Source: Akkermansia muciniphila | GTDB lineage: Bacteria; Verrucomicrobiota; Verrucomicrobiia; Limisphaerales; F1-80-MAGS106 | Assembly (NCBI GenBank): GCA_945865375.1 | Contig: CAMBEJ010000009.1 | Location: 479 to 64,478 of the forward strand | DNA: 64,000 nt | Reading direction: 5' to 3' | In this document: piece by piece, positions 36,106 through 47,657 of the stretch | Layout: every line of letters begins with the position of its first letter | How positions within the stretch are numbered: the first letter of the stretch is position 1 | Made by a program: the position numbers and the translations under genes | The notes under the pieces: generated by a model | What the model saw: the letters and a program-made list of their open reading frames with translations, nothing else | Database searches by the model: none | Told to the model about the DNA's origin: nothing

Positions 36106-37711
36106 CATCGCGATCATTGGGTCGGGGTTTGCGGGCTCCCTGCTCGCATTGGCTTGCCGTCAGCTCGGCCTCCGTGTCTTGCTGCTCGAACGAGGACAGC
36201 ATCCGCGCTTCGCCATCGGCGAGTCCTCAACACCGTTGGCCAATCTGTTGCTCGAAGAACTGGCGTCTCAGTACGACCTGCCTCAGATTGCCGCCTTCTC
36301 AAAATGGGGAACTTGGCGCCGCACCTATCCCTTTATCCGCTGCGGGCTCAAACGAGGGTTCTCCTTCTTCCAGCACTCGCGAGGAAAACCTTTCGCGCCG
36401 ATGCCTTCACGTCGCAACGAGCTCCGGGTGGCCGCAAGCCCCTCCGATCAAATCGCCGACACACACTGGTTTCGCGAAGATTTCGATGCCTTTCTTTGTG
36501 ATCAAGCCCGTGCCGTCGGAGTGTCCTATGTGGACCGCATCGAATTGGAGACCCCGGTGCGCACGGCAGCGCACTGGCGATTGGTGGGACAACGAGACCA
36601 CGTGAAGTGTGGTTGGACCGCTGGGGCGCTTTTCGACGCCACCGGGCCCCGCGGCTTTTTGTTCCGAGCGTTTGGCCTGAAAGAGATCCGAATGCCTCGG
36701 CTTCCCGCAACAGCAGCTCTTTTCTCGCACTTCAAGAACGTCCCACTATGGGGTGATCTCCATCCATCGGCCGAACGAGCACCCTTTCCGGTCGATGACG
36801 CTGCGCTGCACCACCTCATCGACGGAGGATGGATCTGGGTTCTCAGATTCCTCGATGGAACCGTCAGCGCGGGGGTTGCGGCCTGTGGAGCGGAGGCGCA
36901 GCGCTTCAACTTCAATTCGGGCGCATCGGCCTGGCGGAGGGTGTTGAGCGAATACCCCTCGATTCAGAGGCAGTTCGAGCATGCGGAGCCGATACGCCCC
37001 TTTGGGCACATGGCCTCATTGTCGTTTCAGTGCGAGACCCTTTCCGGTGATCATTGGGCCATGCTGCCTTCTGCTGGAGGGTTTGTGGACCCCCTGCTTT
37101 CGACGGGGTTTCCCCTCGCATTGCTCGGGATCCTGCGCGTCGCCGGGATTGTTCGGGACCAGTTCGGAAGGCGCAATTTCTCTGAATCCCTGGAACAACA
37201 CGCCCGGATCACGCGGTGCGAACTTCTCGCGGCGGAAAACCTGATCGCATCTCTCTACACCGCATTCGATGACTTCGAATTGTTCACGAACCTCAGCCTT
37301 CTCTATTTTGCCGCGGCGAGTTTCAGCGAGACCGTGCGACGTCTTGGGCGGCCTGAATTAGCGGGCGGGTTTTTGCTCCATGACCATCCCGTCCATGGGC
37401 CGCGCATTGCGGAATGCTGCGCGCTCGCGCGCGATCTCGCAAAGCCTCGGGAGGCACGCGATCCAGCGCGGAAACATCTCCTCCATTTAATTCAAGACAC
37501 CATCCGACCCATCAACGTCGCGGGACTTGCTGACAGCACTCGTCGCAACTGGTATCCCGTCAATCTAGAGGATCTCTACGCCGCCGCGCCGAAGGTTCGC
37601 GCCACACACCAGGAGATCGATGCCATGCTCGCGCGATGCGGGCTCACACCCCGCCATGGGGAGCCAGGTTCACCTGCCGACTCCGTGAACCTCGAAGCCG
37701 ATCGATCTTAG
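36080..37711 (+). CDS. FAD-dependent oxidoreductase, flavin-halogenase/geranylgeranyl-reductase-like
   Basis: [12 protein letters not shown] (GxGxxG), AIGESSTP, and GGWIWVLRF, a variant of the halogenase WxWxIP block. Its start overlaps the radical SAM stop (ATG at 36080 or 36086 versus stop at 36105). Confidence 0.6.
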   Translation: MDMTLPHHDIAIIGSGFAGSLLALACRQLGLRVLLLERGQHPRFAIGESSTPLANLLLEELASQYDLPQIAAFSKWGTWRRTYPFIRCGLKRGFSFFQHSRGKPFAPMPSRRNELRVAASPSDQIADTHWFREDFDAFLCDQARAVGVSYVDRIELETPVRTAAHWRLVGQRDHVKCGWTAGALFDATGPRGFLFRAFGLKEIRMPRLPATAALFSHFKNVPLWGDLHPSAERAPFPVDDAALHHLIDGGWIWVLRFLDGTVSAGVAACGAEAQRFNFNSGASAWRRVLSEYPSIQRQFEHAEPIRPFGHMASLSFQCETLSGDHWAMLPSAGGFVDPLLSTGFPLALLGILRVAGIVRDQFGRRNFSESLEQHARITRCELLAAENLIASLYTAFDDFELFTNLSLLYFAAASFSETVRRLGRPELAGGFLLHDHPVHGPRIAECCALARDLAKPREARDPARKHLLHLIQDTIRPINVAGLADSTRRNWYPVNLEDLYAAAPKVRATHQEIDAMLARCGLTPRHGEPGSPADSVNLEADRS

Positions 37712-39043
37712 CGCGACGTGGTCCAGGAGGTTCCGTCCGTCGAAGAGGCTCGCGGGCTTGCGCATGGTGCTATGAAGCCGGGCGTAGTCATAGGTTTTGA
37801 ACTCGTCCCACTCGGTGAGCACAATGATCGCGTGCGCGGAGTCGGCGGCGGCGTAAGGATCGCTCAAGCATGTGACACGCGCGGCCAAGGCGTCCGCGCC
37901 AAGGCCAGTGGCTTTGCGGAGCTCGGCGAGGATCGTCTCCGAATTGACCTGGGGATCATAAATCGCAAGCTCCGCCTGCTCAGCCAGAAGGTCGCGACAA
38001 ACATAAATCGCGGCGGATTCACGCGTGTCGTTGGTGTCCTTCTTGAACGCAAAACCAAAGATAGCAATTTTTTTACCAGCGACAGTGTTGAATAAAGTTT
38101 TGGTTATGCTTTGAACAAACCGCGTCTTTTGGTAGTCGTTCATATGGACGACCTGCTCCCAATAAGAAGCCACTTCGCGCAGGCCGTAGTGCTCGCAAAG
38201 ATAAACGAGGTTCAGGATGTCTTTTTGGAAGCATGACCCACCAAACCCAACCGACGCTTTCAGAAATTTCGAGCCGATCCGTGAATCCTTGCCAACCGCG
38301 TAGGCGACTTCATCGATGTTGGCGCCGGTGACCTCGCAGAGAGCGCTGATGGAGTTGATCGACGAGATTCTTTGGGCGAGCATCGCGTTAGCCACCAACT
38401 TGCTCAGCTCGGAAGACCAGAGGTTCACTGTCAGAATACGCTCCCGCGGCACCCAGTGGGCGTAGATATCGGCGAGTGCTTTCACAGCGGCATGGCCTGA
38501 CGGCGTGGGGTCGCCGCCAATCAAGACCCGGTCCGGCTCCTCCAGATCCCGCACGGCCGTGCCTTCGGCGAGGAATTCGGGGTTGGACAATATCTCGAAC
38601 CGGTGTCGGTTGCTGTTCGATTCCAGCACCCGCTTCAGGGACTCGGCCGTGCGCACTGGGAGAGTGGATTTCTCAACCACAATCTTGTCACCGTTTGCCA
38701 CCTGGGCAATGCGGCGGGCGCACAGCTCGACGTATTTGAGATCGGCGGCCTTTCCAGCTCCTCGGCCATAGGTTTTGGTGGGCGTGTTCACCGAAACAAA
38801 AATCATCTCAGCGTCCCGGATGGCCTGATCGACATCGGTGCTGAAGAAAAGATTTTTACCTCTCGATCCGAGGACGACCTGATCCAGGCCCGGCTCATAG
38901 ATGGGTAGGGAATCCGAGTTCCATGAGTTGATTCGATCAGCATTGACATCGACCACCGTGACCCGGTGGGCGGGACACTTGTGAGCGATCATGGCCATGG
39001 TGGGACCGCCCACGTAACCGGCACCGATGCAGCAAATGTTCAT
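37670..39043 (-). CDS. ugd: UDP-glucose 6-dehydrogenase
   Basis: [15 protein letters not shown], catalytic-Cys block [10 protein letters not shown], 457 aa of eukaryote-like UGDH type. Confidence 0.85.
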   Translation of the reverse strand: MNICCIGAGYVGGPTMAMIAHKCPAHRVTVVDVNADRINSWNSDSLPIYEPGLDQVVLGSRGKNLFFSTDVDQAIRDAEMIFVSVNTPTKTYGRGAGKAADLKYVELCARRIAQVANGDKIVVEKSTLPVRTAESLKRVLESNSNRHRFEILSNPEFLAEGTAVRDLEEPDRVLIGGDPTPSGHAAVKALADIYAHWVPRERILTVNLWSSELSKLVANAMLAQRISSINSISALCEVTGANIDEVAYAVGKDSRIGSKFLKASVGFGGSCFQKDILNLVYLCEHYGLREVASYWEQVVHMNDYQKTRFVQSITKTLFNTVAGKKIAIFGFAFKKDTNDTRESAAIYVCRDLLAEQAELAIYDPQVNSETILAELRKATGLGADALAARVTCLSDPYAAADSAHAIIVLTEWDEFKTYDYARLHSTMRKPASLFDGRNLLDHVALRSIGFEVHGVGR

Positions 39044-39146
39044 CAGGATTTGTAGACTGTGGAATGTGCGTGGTTTGTCAACGAACGATACTCTTTGGAT
39101 GAGGGGCGCGCGTGGTCAGCCATGAGGCAGAATGTCAAAGTTGAGA

Positions 39147-41198
39147 TCAAAGTGTTTTCTTTTTTCTGCTTTTTTGTTGATTGCGGCGAGGGCTTAGCGA
39201 CTCAACGTCTGTCAACCATTCTGTCGCGGACGCATCGCTCGGCATCCGCCAATCGCCGCGAGGGGAGAGGGCGACCGAACCGACCTTAGGGCCGTCAGGT
39301 TGCACCGAACGTTTAAATTGTTGTGAGAAAAAGCGCCGGACAAAAACGGTGAGCCATTTGATGATCGTCGCTCGATCATAGCGCCCGCGAAAGGCCATTT
39401 CTGCCAGGCAGAGAATTTTGGCCGGACGACTGCCGTACCGCACCAGGTGAAAAAGAAAGTAATCGTGCAGTTCGTAGGGGCCGATGAGGCTCTCGGTCCT
39501 CTGCTGCAACGTGCCATCAGGCGCCGCCGGCAACAGTTCGGGCGTGACTGGCGTCGCGCAGATGTCGCGGAGCACCTCCACAGCCGCACCCTGGAACTCC
39601 GCGTCGGCACACCACGCCACGAGATAGCGCACGAGGGTTTTTGGGATGCCGACATTCACGTGATACATGGACATCTGATCGCCATTGAATGTACACCACC
39701 CAAGGGCGGCCTCAGAGAGATCGCCAGTGCCGACCACGAAACCGCCAGTCTTGTTGGCGAGATCCATCAGGATTTGTGTGCGCTCACGGGCCTGCGCATT
39801 CTCGTAGGTCACATCATGCACCGCCGGGTCATGCCCGATGTCACGGAAGTGCTGTGATACGGCGTCGTGAATGGGAACGACACGAAGGGTGGCACCGAGC
39901 ATCAGCACCAGCTTTTCGGCATTGGAACGTGTACGTTGAGTGGTGCCAAAACCGGGCATCGTGACCGCAAGCAGTCCCTTGCGGTCGAGCCCGAGGGTGT
40001 CGAACGCGCGGGTCACCACGAGCAGGGCAAGGGTGGAATCGAGCCCGCCTGAAATCCCGATGACGACCGACTTGGCAGCCGTGTGCCTGAGACGCTTAGC
40101 CAATCCGGTGGATTGAATGTCGAAAATTTCACGACAAGCGGTCGCGCGCTGCCCAGGGTCGGAAGGGACGAAAGGTGATGAGGGGTTGGGACGGAGAGTT
40201 CCCAGAGGCTGCCGCGCCTTCCCGTTCATCGTTACCGAGAGCGGCACTCGTTGAAAAGAGCGCCCCTGAGCGGAGGACGAGAAGCTGGTATTGCAGAGCC
40301 GCTCGTGTTGCAATCGCTCCAAGTCAATATCCGCAAACACAGACTGAGTGAGGAAGTGAAATCGTTCTGACTCAGCGAGCACAGCACCGTTTTCCGCAAT
40401 CAGACAGTGGCCGGAAAAAACCACATCCGTCGACGATTCGCCGGGTCCGGCCGAGGCATAGACATAGGCGGCGAGACAACGAGCCGATTGCAGGCGCACC
40501 AAATCGCGCCGATAGGAGCTCTTTCCGAGCAATTCGTTGCTGGCGGAGGGGTTGAGCAACAGGGTCGCCCCGGCAAGGGCTTGCTCACCGCTGGGCGGCG
40601 TCACAGCCCATAAATCCTCGCAGATTTCAATTCCAAAGACACAATTGGGGAGGTTCTCGGCCACAAAAAGCAGGTTGGTGCCTAACATCACACTTTTCCC
40701 GTGGGAGAGCGCCACTTCGGTGGCGGGCAGGCCAACCCCTGAAGCAAACCAGCGCCGTTCGTAGTACTCGCCTGATGTCGGCAAATAGGATTTGGGAACG
40801 AGGCCCAACACACATCCGTCCCCCACCATTGCGGCGCAGTTATAGAGGCGGCCGTCTAACGCCACGGGCAGCCCTACGACGGCAATCACTCCGAACTCGC
40901 CAGCGGCTGTCGCCACTTCTTCCAGCGCCCGCCACGCGTTTGACAGAAGCAGCGATTGGCCGAATAAGTCACCGCACGAATATCCGGTTAGCGAAAGCTC
41001 CGGAAACAACACCACGGACGCGCCGGACTTCGCGCTCGATTCCATGGCGGCGATGATCGCCGCCGAGTTGTATGAGACATCCGAAACTTTCAACGTCGGC
41101 GCGACAGCCGCGACGCGGAGAAAACCATGTGAGCCGGCGGTCATTTCTTCAAAATTGAACTCAAGCCAATGTGTGCTCTCAACTTGCAACTCTGGCAT
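39147..41198 (-). CDS. nadE: Glutamine-dependent NAD+ synthetase (long form, CN-hydrolase plus PP-loop synthetase)
   Basis: N-terminal nitrilase-like domain ([12 protein letters not shown]...FPELSLTGY...EICEDLW) and the PP-loop [10 protein letters not shown]. The alternative ATG at 41144 (MTAGSHGF) would remove the 20-bp overlap with rfbB. Confidence 0.8.
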   Translation of the reverse strand: MPELQVESTHWLEFNFEEMTAGSHGFLRVAAVAPTLKVSDVSYNSAAIIAAMESSAKSGASVVLFPELSLTGYSCGDLFGQSLLLSNAWRALEEVATAAGEFGVIAVVGLPVALDGRLYNCAAMVGDGCVLGLVPKSYLPTSGEYYERRWFASGVGLPATEVALSHGKSVMLGTNLLFVAENLPNCVFGIEICEDLWAVTPPSGEQALAGATLLLNPSASNELLGKSSYRRDLVRLQSARCLAAYVYASAGPGESSTDVVFSGHCLIAENGAVLAESERFHFLTQSVFADIDLERLQHERLCNTSFSSSAQGRSFQRVPLSVTMNGKARQPLGTLRPNPSSPFVPSDPGQRATACREIFDIQSTGLAKRLRHTAAKSVVIGISGGLDSTLALLVVTRAFDTLGLDRKGLLAVTMPGFGTTQRTRSNAEKLVLMLGATLRVVPIHDAVSQHFRDIGHDPAVHDVTYENAQARERTQILMDLANKTGGFVVGTGDLSEAALGWCTFNGDQMSMYHVNVGIPKTLVRYLVAWCADAEFQGAAVEVLRDICATPVTPELLPAAPDGTLQQRTESLIGPYELHDYFLFHLVRYGSRPAKILCLAEMAFRGRYDRATIIKWLTVFVRRFFSQQFKRSVQPDGPKVGSVALSPRGDWRMPSDASATEWLTDVESLSPRRNQQKSRKKKTL

Positions 41199-42264
41199 TT
41201 GGATTGTTGTCTAAGCCGATCCGCTCCAGCCGATAGTTGCCGCTCAAGATGTGTTCCCACCAGGCCCGGTTGTCGAGATACCAACGAACCGTCTTCCTGA
41301 AGCCGCTTCGTGGGTCCTCGAGCGGAGTCCACCCCAGCTCTCTTTGGGCAGATGTCGCATTGATGGCATACCGCAAATCGTGCCCCGGTCGATCTTTGAC
41401 AAAAGTAATCAAATCGGAGTGGAGACGACCCTCAGGCCGGGGCGAAAGATCGTCCATGATGCCACAGAGCAGGTGGACAAGATCGATGTTCTGGCGTTCG
41501 TTGTTGCCGCCGATGCAGTAGGTCTCGCCTGGCCGACCGCGCTCCGCAGCCATGAGAAGAGCCCGGGCGTGGTCGTGGACGTAGAGCCAGTCGCGAATGT
41601 TCTCGCCTTTCCCGTAGACAGGGATGGACTCTCCGCGCAGGGCCTTGAGGATGACAACGGGGACGAGCTTTTCAGGAAACTGGTAAGGGCCGTAATTGTT
41701 CGAGCAATTGGTGACAATGACTGGCAGTCCGTAGGTGTCCATCCAGGCACGGGCCAGGTGGTCCGATGCGGCTTTGCTGGCGCTGTAGGGGGAGTGCGGA
41801 TTGTAAGGCGTGCGCTCGTTGAACGCCGCGTCGGTCAATCCCAGCGAGCCAAACACCTCGTCGGTGGAGACATGCACGAAGCGGAATTGTTGTCTTGCGC
41901 TGTCCTCCATGCCGCGCCAGTAGCCTAGCGTCGCTTGCAGAAGCTGGAAGGTTCCCGTGACATTGGTTTGGATGAATTCGCCCGGGCCCTCGATGGAACG
42001 ATCCACATGGGATTCGGCCGCAAGATGCAAAACAGCCTCAGGCTTGTGCAACGCAAATGTCTGGCGCATGGCTTCCGCATCGCAGATGTCCGCCCGCACA
42101 AAGTGATACCCTGCTGAGTGATGAGCACCGAGATCCCGCAGCGACTCCTCGTTGCCCGCGTAGGTGAGTTTGTCGACGTTCACCACGGCGTGGCCGGCTT
42201 CGAGCAAATGCCGGACGAGGTTCGAACCGATGAACCCAGCGCCGCCTGTCACAAGGAATTTCAT
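41179..42264 (-). CDS. rfbB: dTDP-glucose 4,6-dehydratase
   Basis: [25 protein letters not shown] (YxxxK), full-length RmlB-like sequence. Confidence 0.85.
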   Translation of the reverse strand: MKFLVTGGAGFIGSNLVRHLLEAGHAVVNVDKLTYAGNEESLRDLGAHHSAGYHFVRADICDAEAMRQTFALHKPEAVLHLAAESHVDRSIEGPGEFIQTNVTGTFQLLQATLGYWRGMEDSARQQFRFVHVSTDEVFGSLGLTDAAFNERTPYNPHSPYSASKAASDHLARAWMDTYGLPVIVTNCSNNYGPYQFPEKLVPVVILKALRGESIPVYGKGENIRDWLYVHDHARALLMAAERGRPGETYCIGGNNERQNIDLVHLLCGIMDDLSPRPEGRLHSDLITFVKDRPGHDLRYAINATSAQRELGWTPLEDPRSGFRKTVRWYLDNRAWWEHILSGNYRLERIGLDNNPNARVAS

Positions 42265-42433
42265 ATATGAATCGAAGAATTAACCCCGAAACGGGGTCAA
42301 AAGGAAATACAATATGTCTTGAGCTCCGGAGATGGCCAAGCAACGGAACACAAGAACTTTCAACTGCCAGTTCAAGTTTGAGTTCTCTTTCGGTCCCATT
42401 CCGTCCCGTTTCCGCAGATTACAACCTCGCATG

Positions 42434-43543
42434 CTATGTCGAGAGCCTCGCGTCGCGCACGGCGTTCACCACCGCATCCTGGTCGGATTCACCGAGAAAA
42501 GCGTGCATGGGCAAACTGAGGACTTCCTGCGAAGCCCTTTCGGCATTTGGAAACTGGCCAACAGGATATCCCAAAGGTTCGAAAACAGGTTGCTCATGAA
42601 GGCATTTGGGATAGTAAACTGCGGTCGGAACCCCTTTTGCTTTCAGCGCCAACCCCAGAGCATCGCGATCACAATCCTGAACACGGATCGTGTACTGCGC
42701 ATAGACGTGCGTGTTGCCAGGCATCACCTCAGGCACGACACACCCGGGGAGGGTGCTTAAAAGCGCCGAATACCGCCCACCGATGCGGCTGCGCTCCGCC
42801 ACTTCCCATTCAAAGTGGGGCCATTTCGCCAACAAGACGGCGGCTTGAAGGGTGTCGAATCGACCGTTCATGCCTAACAACGGATGATGATGCCGGCGCA
42901 CCCCGCCATGCGTTCGGATGGCGCGCATGCGCTCTGTGAGGGCATCGTCCTGAGCGAACAACGCGCCGCCGTCCCCATAACAGCCCAGGGGCTTGGCTGG
43001 AAAAAAACTGGTGCTAGAAATGGCCGTCACTCCGCAACTGCGCCGACCCCGCTGGGTAGCGCCAAAACTTTGAGCGCCATCCTCGATCACCACGATTCCG
43101 TGCTTTGCGGCGATGCTGTTTATCAGGTCGTAGTCGGGCATCTGTCCAAACAGACTGACGGGCAGTATGGCTCTTGTCCGTGGCGTGATTGCTGCTTCCA
43201 TGGCATCGATATCGATGTTGTAGGTGCGCGGCTCGATATCGACAAAGACAGGCTTCGCACCGACCAGGCAGATGACTTCGGCCGTGCTGATCCATGTGAA
43301 AGGCACCGTGATGACTTCGGAGCCGGGGCCGATCTCCAGGGCGCGCAAGGCGATTTCGAGGCTGTCGGTGCCGCTGGCCACGGTGAGACAATGCTTTAAG
43401 CCCACGTAGGAGGCGAGGGCGGCTTCGATCTCGGCAACCTCCGGGCCCATGATGAACTGGCCGTGGTCCATGACTCGCCGCATCCGCGCGTCGATGGAGT
43501 CCTTGTAGCGCGCGTATTGCGTTTGGAGATCGATGAAATGCAT
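42434..43543 (-). CDS. DegT/DnrJ/EryC1/StrS-family nucleotide-sugar aminotransferase (WbpE/WecE-like)
   Basis: MHFIDLQTQY..., FIMGPEV, PLP-lysine block FFPAKPLGCYGDGGA. ATG at 43543; the track start at 43558 is TTG. Confidence 0.8.
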   Translation of the reverse strand: MHFIDLQTQYARYKDSIDARMRRVMDHGQFIMGPEVAEIEAALASYVGLKHCLTVASGTDSLEIALRALEIGPGSEVITVPFTWISTAEVICLVGAKPVFVDIEPRTYNIDIDAMEAAITPRTRAILPVSLFGQMPDYDLINSIAAKHGIVVIEDGAQSFGATQRGRRSCGVTAISSTSFFPAKPLGCYGDGGALFAQDDALTERMRAIRTHGGVRRHHHPLLGMNGRFDTLQAAVLLAKWPHFEWEVAERSRIGGRYSALLSTLPGCVVPEVMPGNTHVYAQYTIRVQDCDRDALGLALKAKGVPTAVYYPKCLHEQPVFEPLGYPVGQFPNAERASQEVLSLPMHAFLGESDQDAVVNAVRDARLST

Positions 43544-43653
43544 TTCAGAAAGAGCCAAAAACGGAGAATGGAAAGCAGACAGCAGAAGCGGGTCCGATTT
43601 CAGCTTGCTGATTCGTTCTTGTTAGCGATCACGCGCTGCGGATTTCAGTTCTC

Positions 43654-44667
43654 TCATTTTTGTTCCCCGTAAAATTTGCGGTACCATGCCACGAAACGTT
43701 CCACGCCTGTTTCTATTGGCGTTGCGGGCTTGAACCCCACGTCGCGGATCAGGTCATCGACATCGGCGTAGGTGGCGGGCACATCCCCCGGCTGCATAGG
43801 TAACATGCGCATTTCAGCTCTGACACCCAAGACGCGCTCAAGCGTGGTGATGAGGTGCATCAGTTCCACCGGGTTGTTGTTGCCGATATTATAAATTTTG
43901 TAGGGCGCGCGGCTTGTTCCCGGATCAGGCACGGCTCCTGACCATTCGGAATTGCCTGACGCAACGCGATCGGTCACGCGGACAACGCCTTCGACGATGT
44001 CATCGACATAAGTAAAATCGCGGCGCATGCGGCCTTCGTTAAAGACATCGATGGTTTTGCCTTCGGTGATAGCTTTTGTGAACAGGAACAACGCCATATC
44101 GGGTCGTCCCCAGGGGCCATAAACGGTGAAGAAACGCAGGCCCGTTGTGGGCAGGCTGTAGAGATGGCTGTAGGTGTGGGCCATGAGTTCGTTGGCCTTC
44201 TTGGTAGCGGCGTAGAGACTCAAGGGATGATCCACATTGTGATGCACGGAGAAGGGCATGGTGGTGTTGGCGCCGTAGACCGAGCTGGATGACGCGTACA
44301 CAAGATGTTCGACCCCGTTGTGGCGGCAGCCTTCGAGAATATTGACGAACGCAACCAGGTTGGCATCGACATAGGCATGAGGGTTCGTGAGCGAATAACG
44401 AACACCGGCTTGCGCGGCGAGATTCACGACGCGTTCGGGTCGGATTTGGTTGAACAGATCGGCGCAGCCCGACCTGTCCGCGAGATCCATTTTGTGGAAG
44501 TGAAAATTGGGATGTCCTTGCAGCCGGCTCAGTCGCGCCTCTTTAAGCCGCACGTCGTAATAATCGTTGAGGTTATCGACCCCCACGACAGCGTCGCCGC
44601 GGTTTAAGAGGACGTGGGCAAGGTGGGAACCAATAAAGCCAGCGACGCCCGTGACAAGTATTTTCAT
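43654..44667 (-). CDS. NAD-dependent nucleotide-sugar epimerase (UDP-glucuronate 4-epimerase-like)
   Basis: [15 protein letters not shown]...[28 protein letters not shown] (YxxxK). Confidence 0.75.
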   Translation of the reverse strand: MKILVTGVAGFIGSHLAHVLLNRGDAVVGVDNLNDYYDVRLKEARLSRLQGHPNFHFHKMDLADRSGCADLFNQIRPERVVNLAAQAGVRYSLTNPHAYVDANLVAFVNILEGCRHNGVEHLVYASSSSVYGANTTMPFSVHHNVDHPLSLYAATKKANELMAHTYSHLYSLPTTGLRFFTVYGPWGRPDMALFLFTKAITEGKTIDVFNEGRMRRDFTYVDDIVEGVVRVTDRVASGNSEWSGAVPDPGTSRAPYKIYNIGNNNPVELMHLITTLERVLGVRAEMRMLPMQPGDVPATYADVDDLIRDVGFKPATPIETGVERFVAWYRKFYGEQK

Positions 44668-44695
44668 TTGCTAGAGGCCCGAGTGCGAATAGAGA

Positions 44696-45982
44696 TCAAG
44701 CCTTCCAAACCTGGCCCGGTCTCGCAGGAAAACGAGCCATCGCGTTGCGTGTGTCCACGATGCACTGAGCCCACTCGGCAAGCTCCTGGTAATTCACCCC
44801 GTCGTGGGCGGTGGAGATCAACACCAGATCGAAACTCTGGATCGTGCTCAGATCCCAGCCGACAGACTTTAAACCAGCCCAATGAGGGTGTTCTCGAGTA
44901 GGCCGGATGACCGGGACATGGGGATCGTAATAAGCCACTTCTGCTCCGCGATTCTTCAGGAGATCGAGCAGGATATAGCTGGGCGATTCACGGTCGTCAT
45001 CGACGTTCGCCTTGTAAGCCAGGCCGAGCACAAGCACTTTGCTGCCGTTCAAAGGTTTGCGCGATGCGTTGAGGGCTTCCATGACACGTTGGACCACGTA
45101 GTCCGGCATGGCTGTGTTGATCTCGCCGGCGAGTTCGATGAATCGCGTGTTCTGGCCATATTCACGCGCCTTCCATGTGAGATAAAACGGATCGATCGGG
45201 ATGCAATGACCGCCCAGACCGGGGCCAGGATAAAACGCCATGTAACCGAACGGCTTGGTTTTCGCGGCATTGATGACTTCCCACACATCGATCCCCATTG
45301 CGGAATAAACAACCTTCAGTTCATTGACCAGGGCGATGTTGACGCTGCGGAAGATGTTCTCGAGCAATTTGGTGGCTTCGGCAGCGCGGCAGGAGCTCAC
45401 GGGGATAACGGTTTTGATGGCGACTGCGTAAAGCTGTTTGGCGCGCTCAAGGCAGGCCGGTGTCAGGCCACCAACCACCTTTGGGATCTCGGCGACTTTG
45501 CTGGCCGGATTGCCGGGGTCTTCGCGCTCAGGTGAGAACGCGAGGAAAAAATCAACGCCTGCTTTGAGCCTCGATCCTTTCTCGAGCACCTCTCTCAGGT
45601 CTTCGTCCGTCGTCCCTGGGTAGGTGGTCGATTCCAAGACCACCAGAATTCCGGGCCGCAGATGCGGCGCGATGGCTTCGCCGGTTTTGATGATGTAGCT
45701 GATGTCTGGCTCGCGATTCTTGTTTAACGGAGTCGGCACGCAAATGACCACCGCGTTCAAATGTTGAACCTCCGAAAAATCCACCGAAGCCCGAAAGGCA
45801 CCGCTTTCGACGGAGGACGCCACGGTGTGGGACTCGATGTGCTTGATGTAGCTGCGGCCCGCGTTGATGGCATCGACCTTCGTGGAATCGATGTCCAACC
45901 CAACGACCCAGACCCCTGATCGCGCGAATTGCAACGAAAGCGGGAGTCCGACGTAACCCAAACCGACTATGCCAATTTTCAT
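44696..45982 (-). CDS. UDP-N-acetyl-hexosamine 6-dehydrogenase-type nucleotide-sugar dehydrogenase (WbpA/WecC/TviB-like)
   Basis: MKIGIVGLGYVGLP, catalytic-Cys block GLGGHCIPIDP. Confidence 0.75.
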   Translation of the reverse strand: MKIGIVGLGYVGLPLSLQFARSGVWVVGLDIDSTKVDAINAGRSYIKHIESHTVASSVESGAFRASVDFSEVQHLNAVVICVPTPLNKNREPDISYIIKTGEAIAPHLRPGILVVLESTTYPGTTDEDLREVLEKGSRLKAGVDFFLAFSPEREDPGNPASKVAEIPKVVGGLTPACLERAKQLYAVAIKTVIPVSSCRAAEATKLLENIFRSVNIALVNELKVVYSAMGIDVWEVINAAKTKPFGYMAFYPGPGLGGHCIPIDPFYLTWKAREYGQNTRFIELAGEINTAMPDYVVQRVMEALNASRKPLNGSKVLVLGLAYKANVDDDRESPSYILLDLLKNRGAEVAYYDPHVPVIRPTREHPHWAGLKSVGWDLSTIQSFDLVLISTAHDGVNYQELAEWAQCIVDTRNAMARFPARPGQVWKA

Positions 45983-46047
45983 TTCCCAGAAAACTTACCG
46001 GCGGGGAGGGATCGAGGAAAGCCGAAAATCACTGGTGAACCGGGACG

Positions 46048-46272
46048 GGGTGCAACTCACGTTACCCGGGGTCGCCTCCGCTGACAGAGGGTATCCCGCC
46101 GCTTGACTGCGCTCAAGTGACACCACGGATGACACGGATGACACGGATGAGGAAAGGGAGCTGAGATGGGTGCTTTATCCGTGTTATCCGTGGGTGCGCC
46201 AGTGAACTCTTCCCATTCCGCGGGAGGTATTGTCCTCCGAACGACCACTCCCGGAAACCGTGAGTTGCACCC
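46048..46272. repeat. ~225-bp foldback element with perfect 14-bp terminal inverted repeats and an internal 9-mer repeat hairpin
   Basis: gggtgcaactcacg (46048-46061) is the exact reverse complement of cgtgagttgcaccc (46259-46272). (cacggatga)x3 at 46124-46150 faces atccgtgttatccgtg at 46177-46192. Confidence 0.7.
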
Positions 46273-46302
46273 ACCGGGACGATGCCACCGATGTCTCAAA
46301 CT

Positions 46303-47517
46303 TCACGGCAGGGGTGCCCACCGATCCAGGGCTAAGGTTCCCAATCTGAAATCCTGTTTTAATTTTTGAATCTGCTCCGCGATGGCGGGGTTCGAAAACG
46401 GTTCATGCATTCGCACTGCTGAAATCATGATGTTCTTGGAGGTGTGCTCGGCATCGACGAATTCAAACACTTTCGTCCGATAACCAGCCCACTCGAGGTA
46501 GAGGGCGCGCAGGCCGTCCGTCAGCCATTCCGCAAGCCTTTCCTCGAGTATTCCATGTCGGAGCAGCGGAGCGAGCGCATCCGGGTGATGGAGCTGTTTT
46601 CGCAGCTCTTTCTGGCAGCACGGGGCCAGCAAAATCCACCGCGCCCCCGCCTCAAGGCCGCGGCCAATGGCGTGATCCGTCGCGACGTCGCAAGCATGCA
46701 AAGCCACGACGGCATCCAGCCTCGGCAGGCTGCAATCCTGGATGGTTCCCTGAACAAAACGCAACGACGCAGCCCCCAGCTTCGACGCCAGAGTGTTGGA
46801 AGCGGCGACCAAGTCTGCCCGCTGCTCCACTCCCACAACCGAGACCTTGCGCTTCAACACCTGGCTGAAGCAGGACCAGGCGGCGAACGTCAGGTAGCCC
46901 TTGCCGCAGCCAAAGTCGCCCACGGTCCATTCCTCCGTCTCTCCCCAATTCTCTTCACGCCCAATGTGCGAGAGAATTTCTGTGTAGCGCTCGATCTGCT
47001 TTAGCTTGGAGGCCATGCGTTCACGCGGCCGTCCGTCCGGCGACGCCACACCCAGTTCCACAAGCCATGGGCTTTCCGGGGGCGCGATGAGACGCTCCCG
47101 CAACTGGTCATGGGATTTTTGAGGAACCTCGTGTGAGGAAGGTTTATGGCGGATCAAACTTGCCGGTTTGTCAGCCGGCAAACTCCACTGCCAATCCGCG
47201 CGTGTGGTGCATAAGAGCGCGCTTCGATAGCCCGTGCCGAGCTGCCCTTCCAGCCAACGTAGCGCTCCAGGAACCGGTTGGTTCGAGGTCAAATCGCGAT
47301 CCTCGCACCTTTTTACAATGGAAAGGCAAAGTCCTGACTTCAGCGACACAAGTCGGAGGAATACTTTCCTGGCGCGCTCAGACGATTTTATGGGATTGGA
47401 AATCACCAGGCGAACGAACATTTCATCCCGGATGGAGTTCTCTACATGGGTCAGAAACTGGCCCAGCGTCTCGCCAGGTTTTGTTGAGAGAACCACTGCT
47501 GCATTCGAATCAGGCAT
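46303..47517 (-). CDS. SAM-dependent methyltransferase (Methyltransf_32-like) with an uncharacterised N-terminal domain
   Basis: VGDFGCGKGYLTF motif I and ALHACDVATD. Confidence 0.55.
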   Translation of the reverse strand: MPDSNAAVVLSTKPGETLGQFLTHVENSIRDEMFVRLVISNPIKSSERARKVFLRLVSLKSGLCLSIVKRCEDRDLTSNQPVPGALRWLEGQLGTGYRSALLCTTRADWQWSLPADKPASLIRHKPSSHEVPQKSHDQLRERLIAPPESPWLVELGVASPDGRPRERMASKLKQIERYTEILSHIGREENWGETEEWTVGDFGCGKGYLTFAAWSCFSQVLKRKVSVVGVEQRADLVAASNTLASKLGAASLRFVQGTIQDCSLPRLDAVVALHACDVATDHAIGRGLEAGARWILLAPCCQKELRKQLHHPDALAPLLRHGILEERLAEWLTDGLRALYLEWAGYRTKVFEFVDAEHTSKNIMISAVRMHEPFSNPAIAEQIQKLKQDFRLGTLALDRWAPLP

Positions 47518-47657
47518 GTCTGTTGCTTAGAAAAGTTGTTGTGTAATCACTCATGATCCGGGTTCGTGTTATCGGGAAGCGCGGCATGCCAGATTCCTCC
47601 ATGGGAAACGGCGTGCGCCCGGATCGGGTGATACCGTGCCAGAAAACATCTGAAATT

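Noticed and set aside
42283-42297. The hairpin accccgaaacggggt 19 nt upstream of the rfbB start, considered as a terminator or attenuator
   Set aside because: The stem is 6 bp with a 3-nt loop, followed on the minus strand by ttaattctt. That is plausible, but it is too short and lies inside an apparent operon, so it is not listed as a feature.
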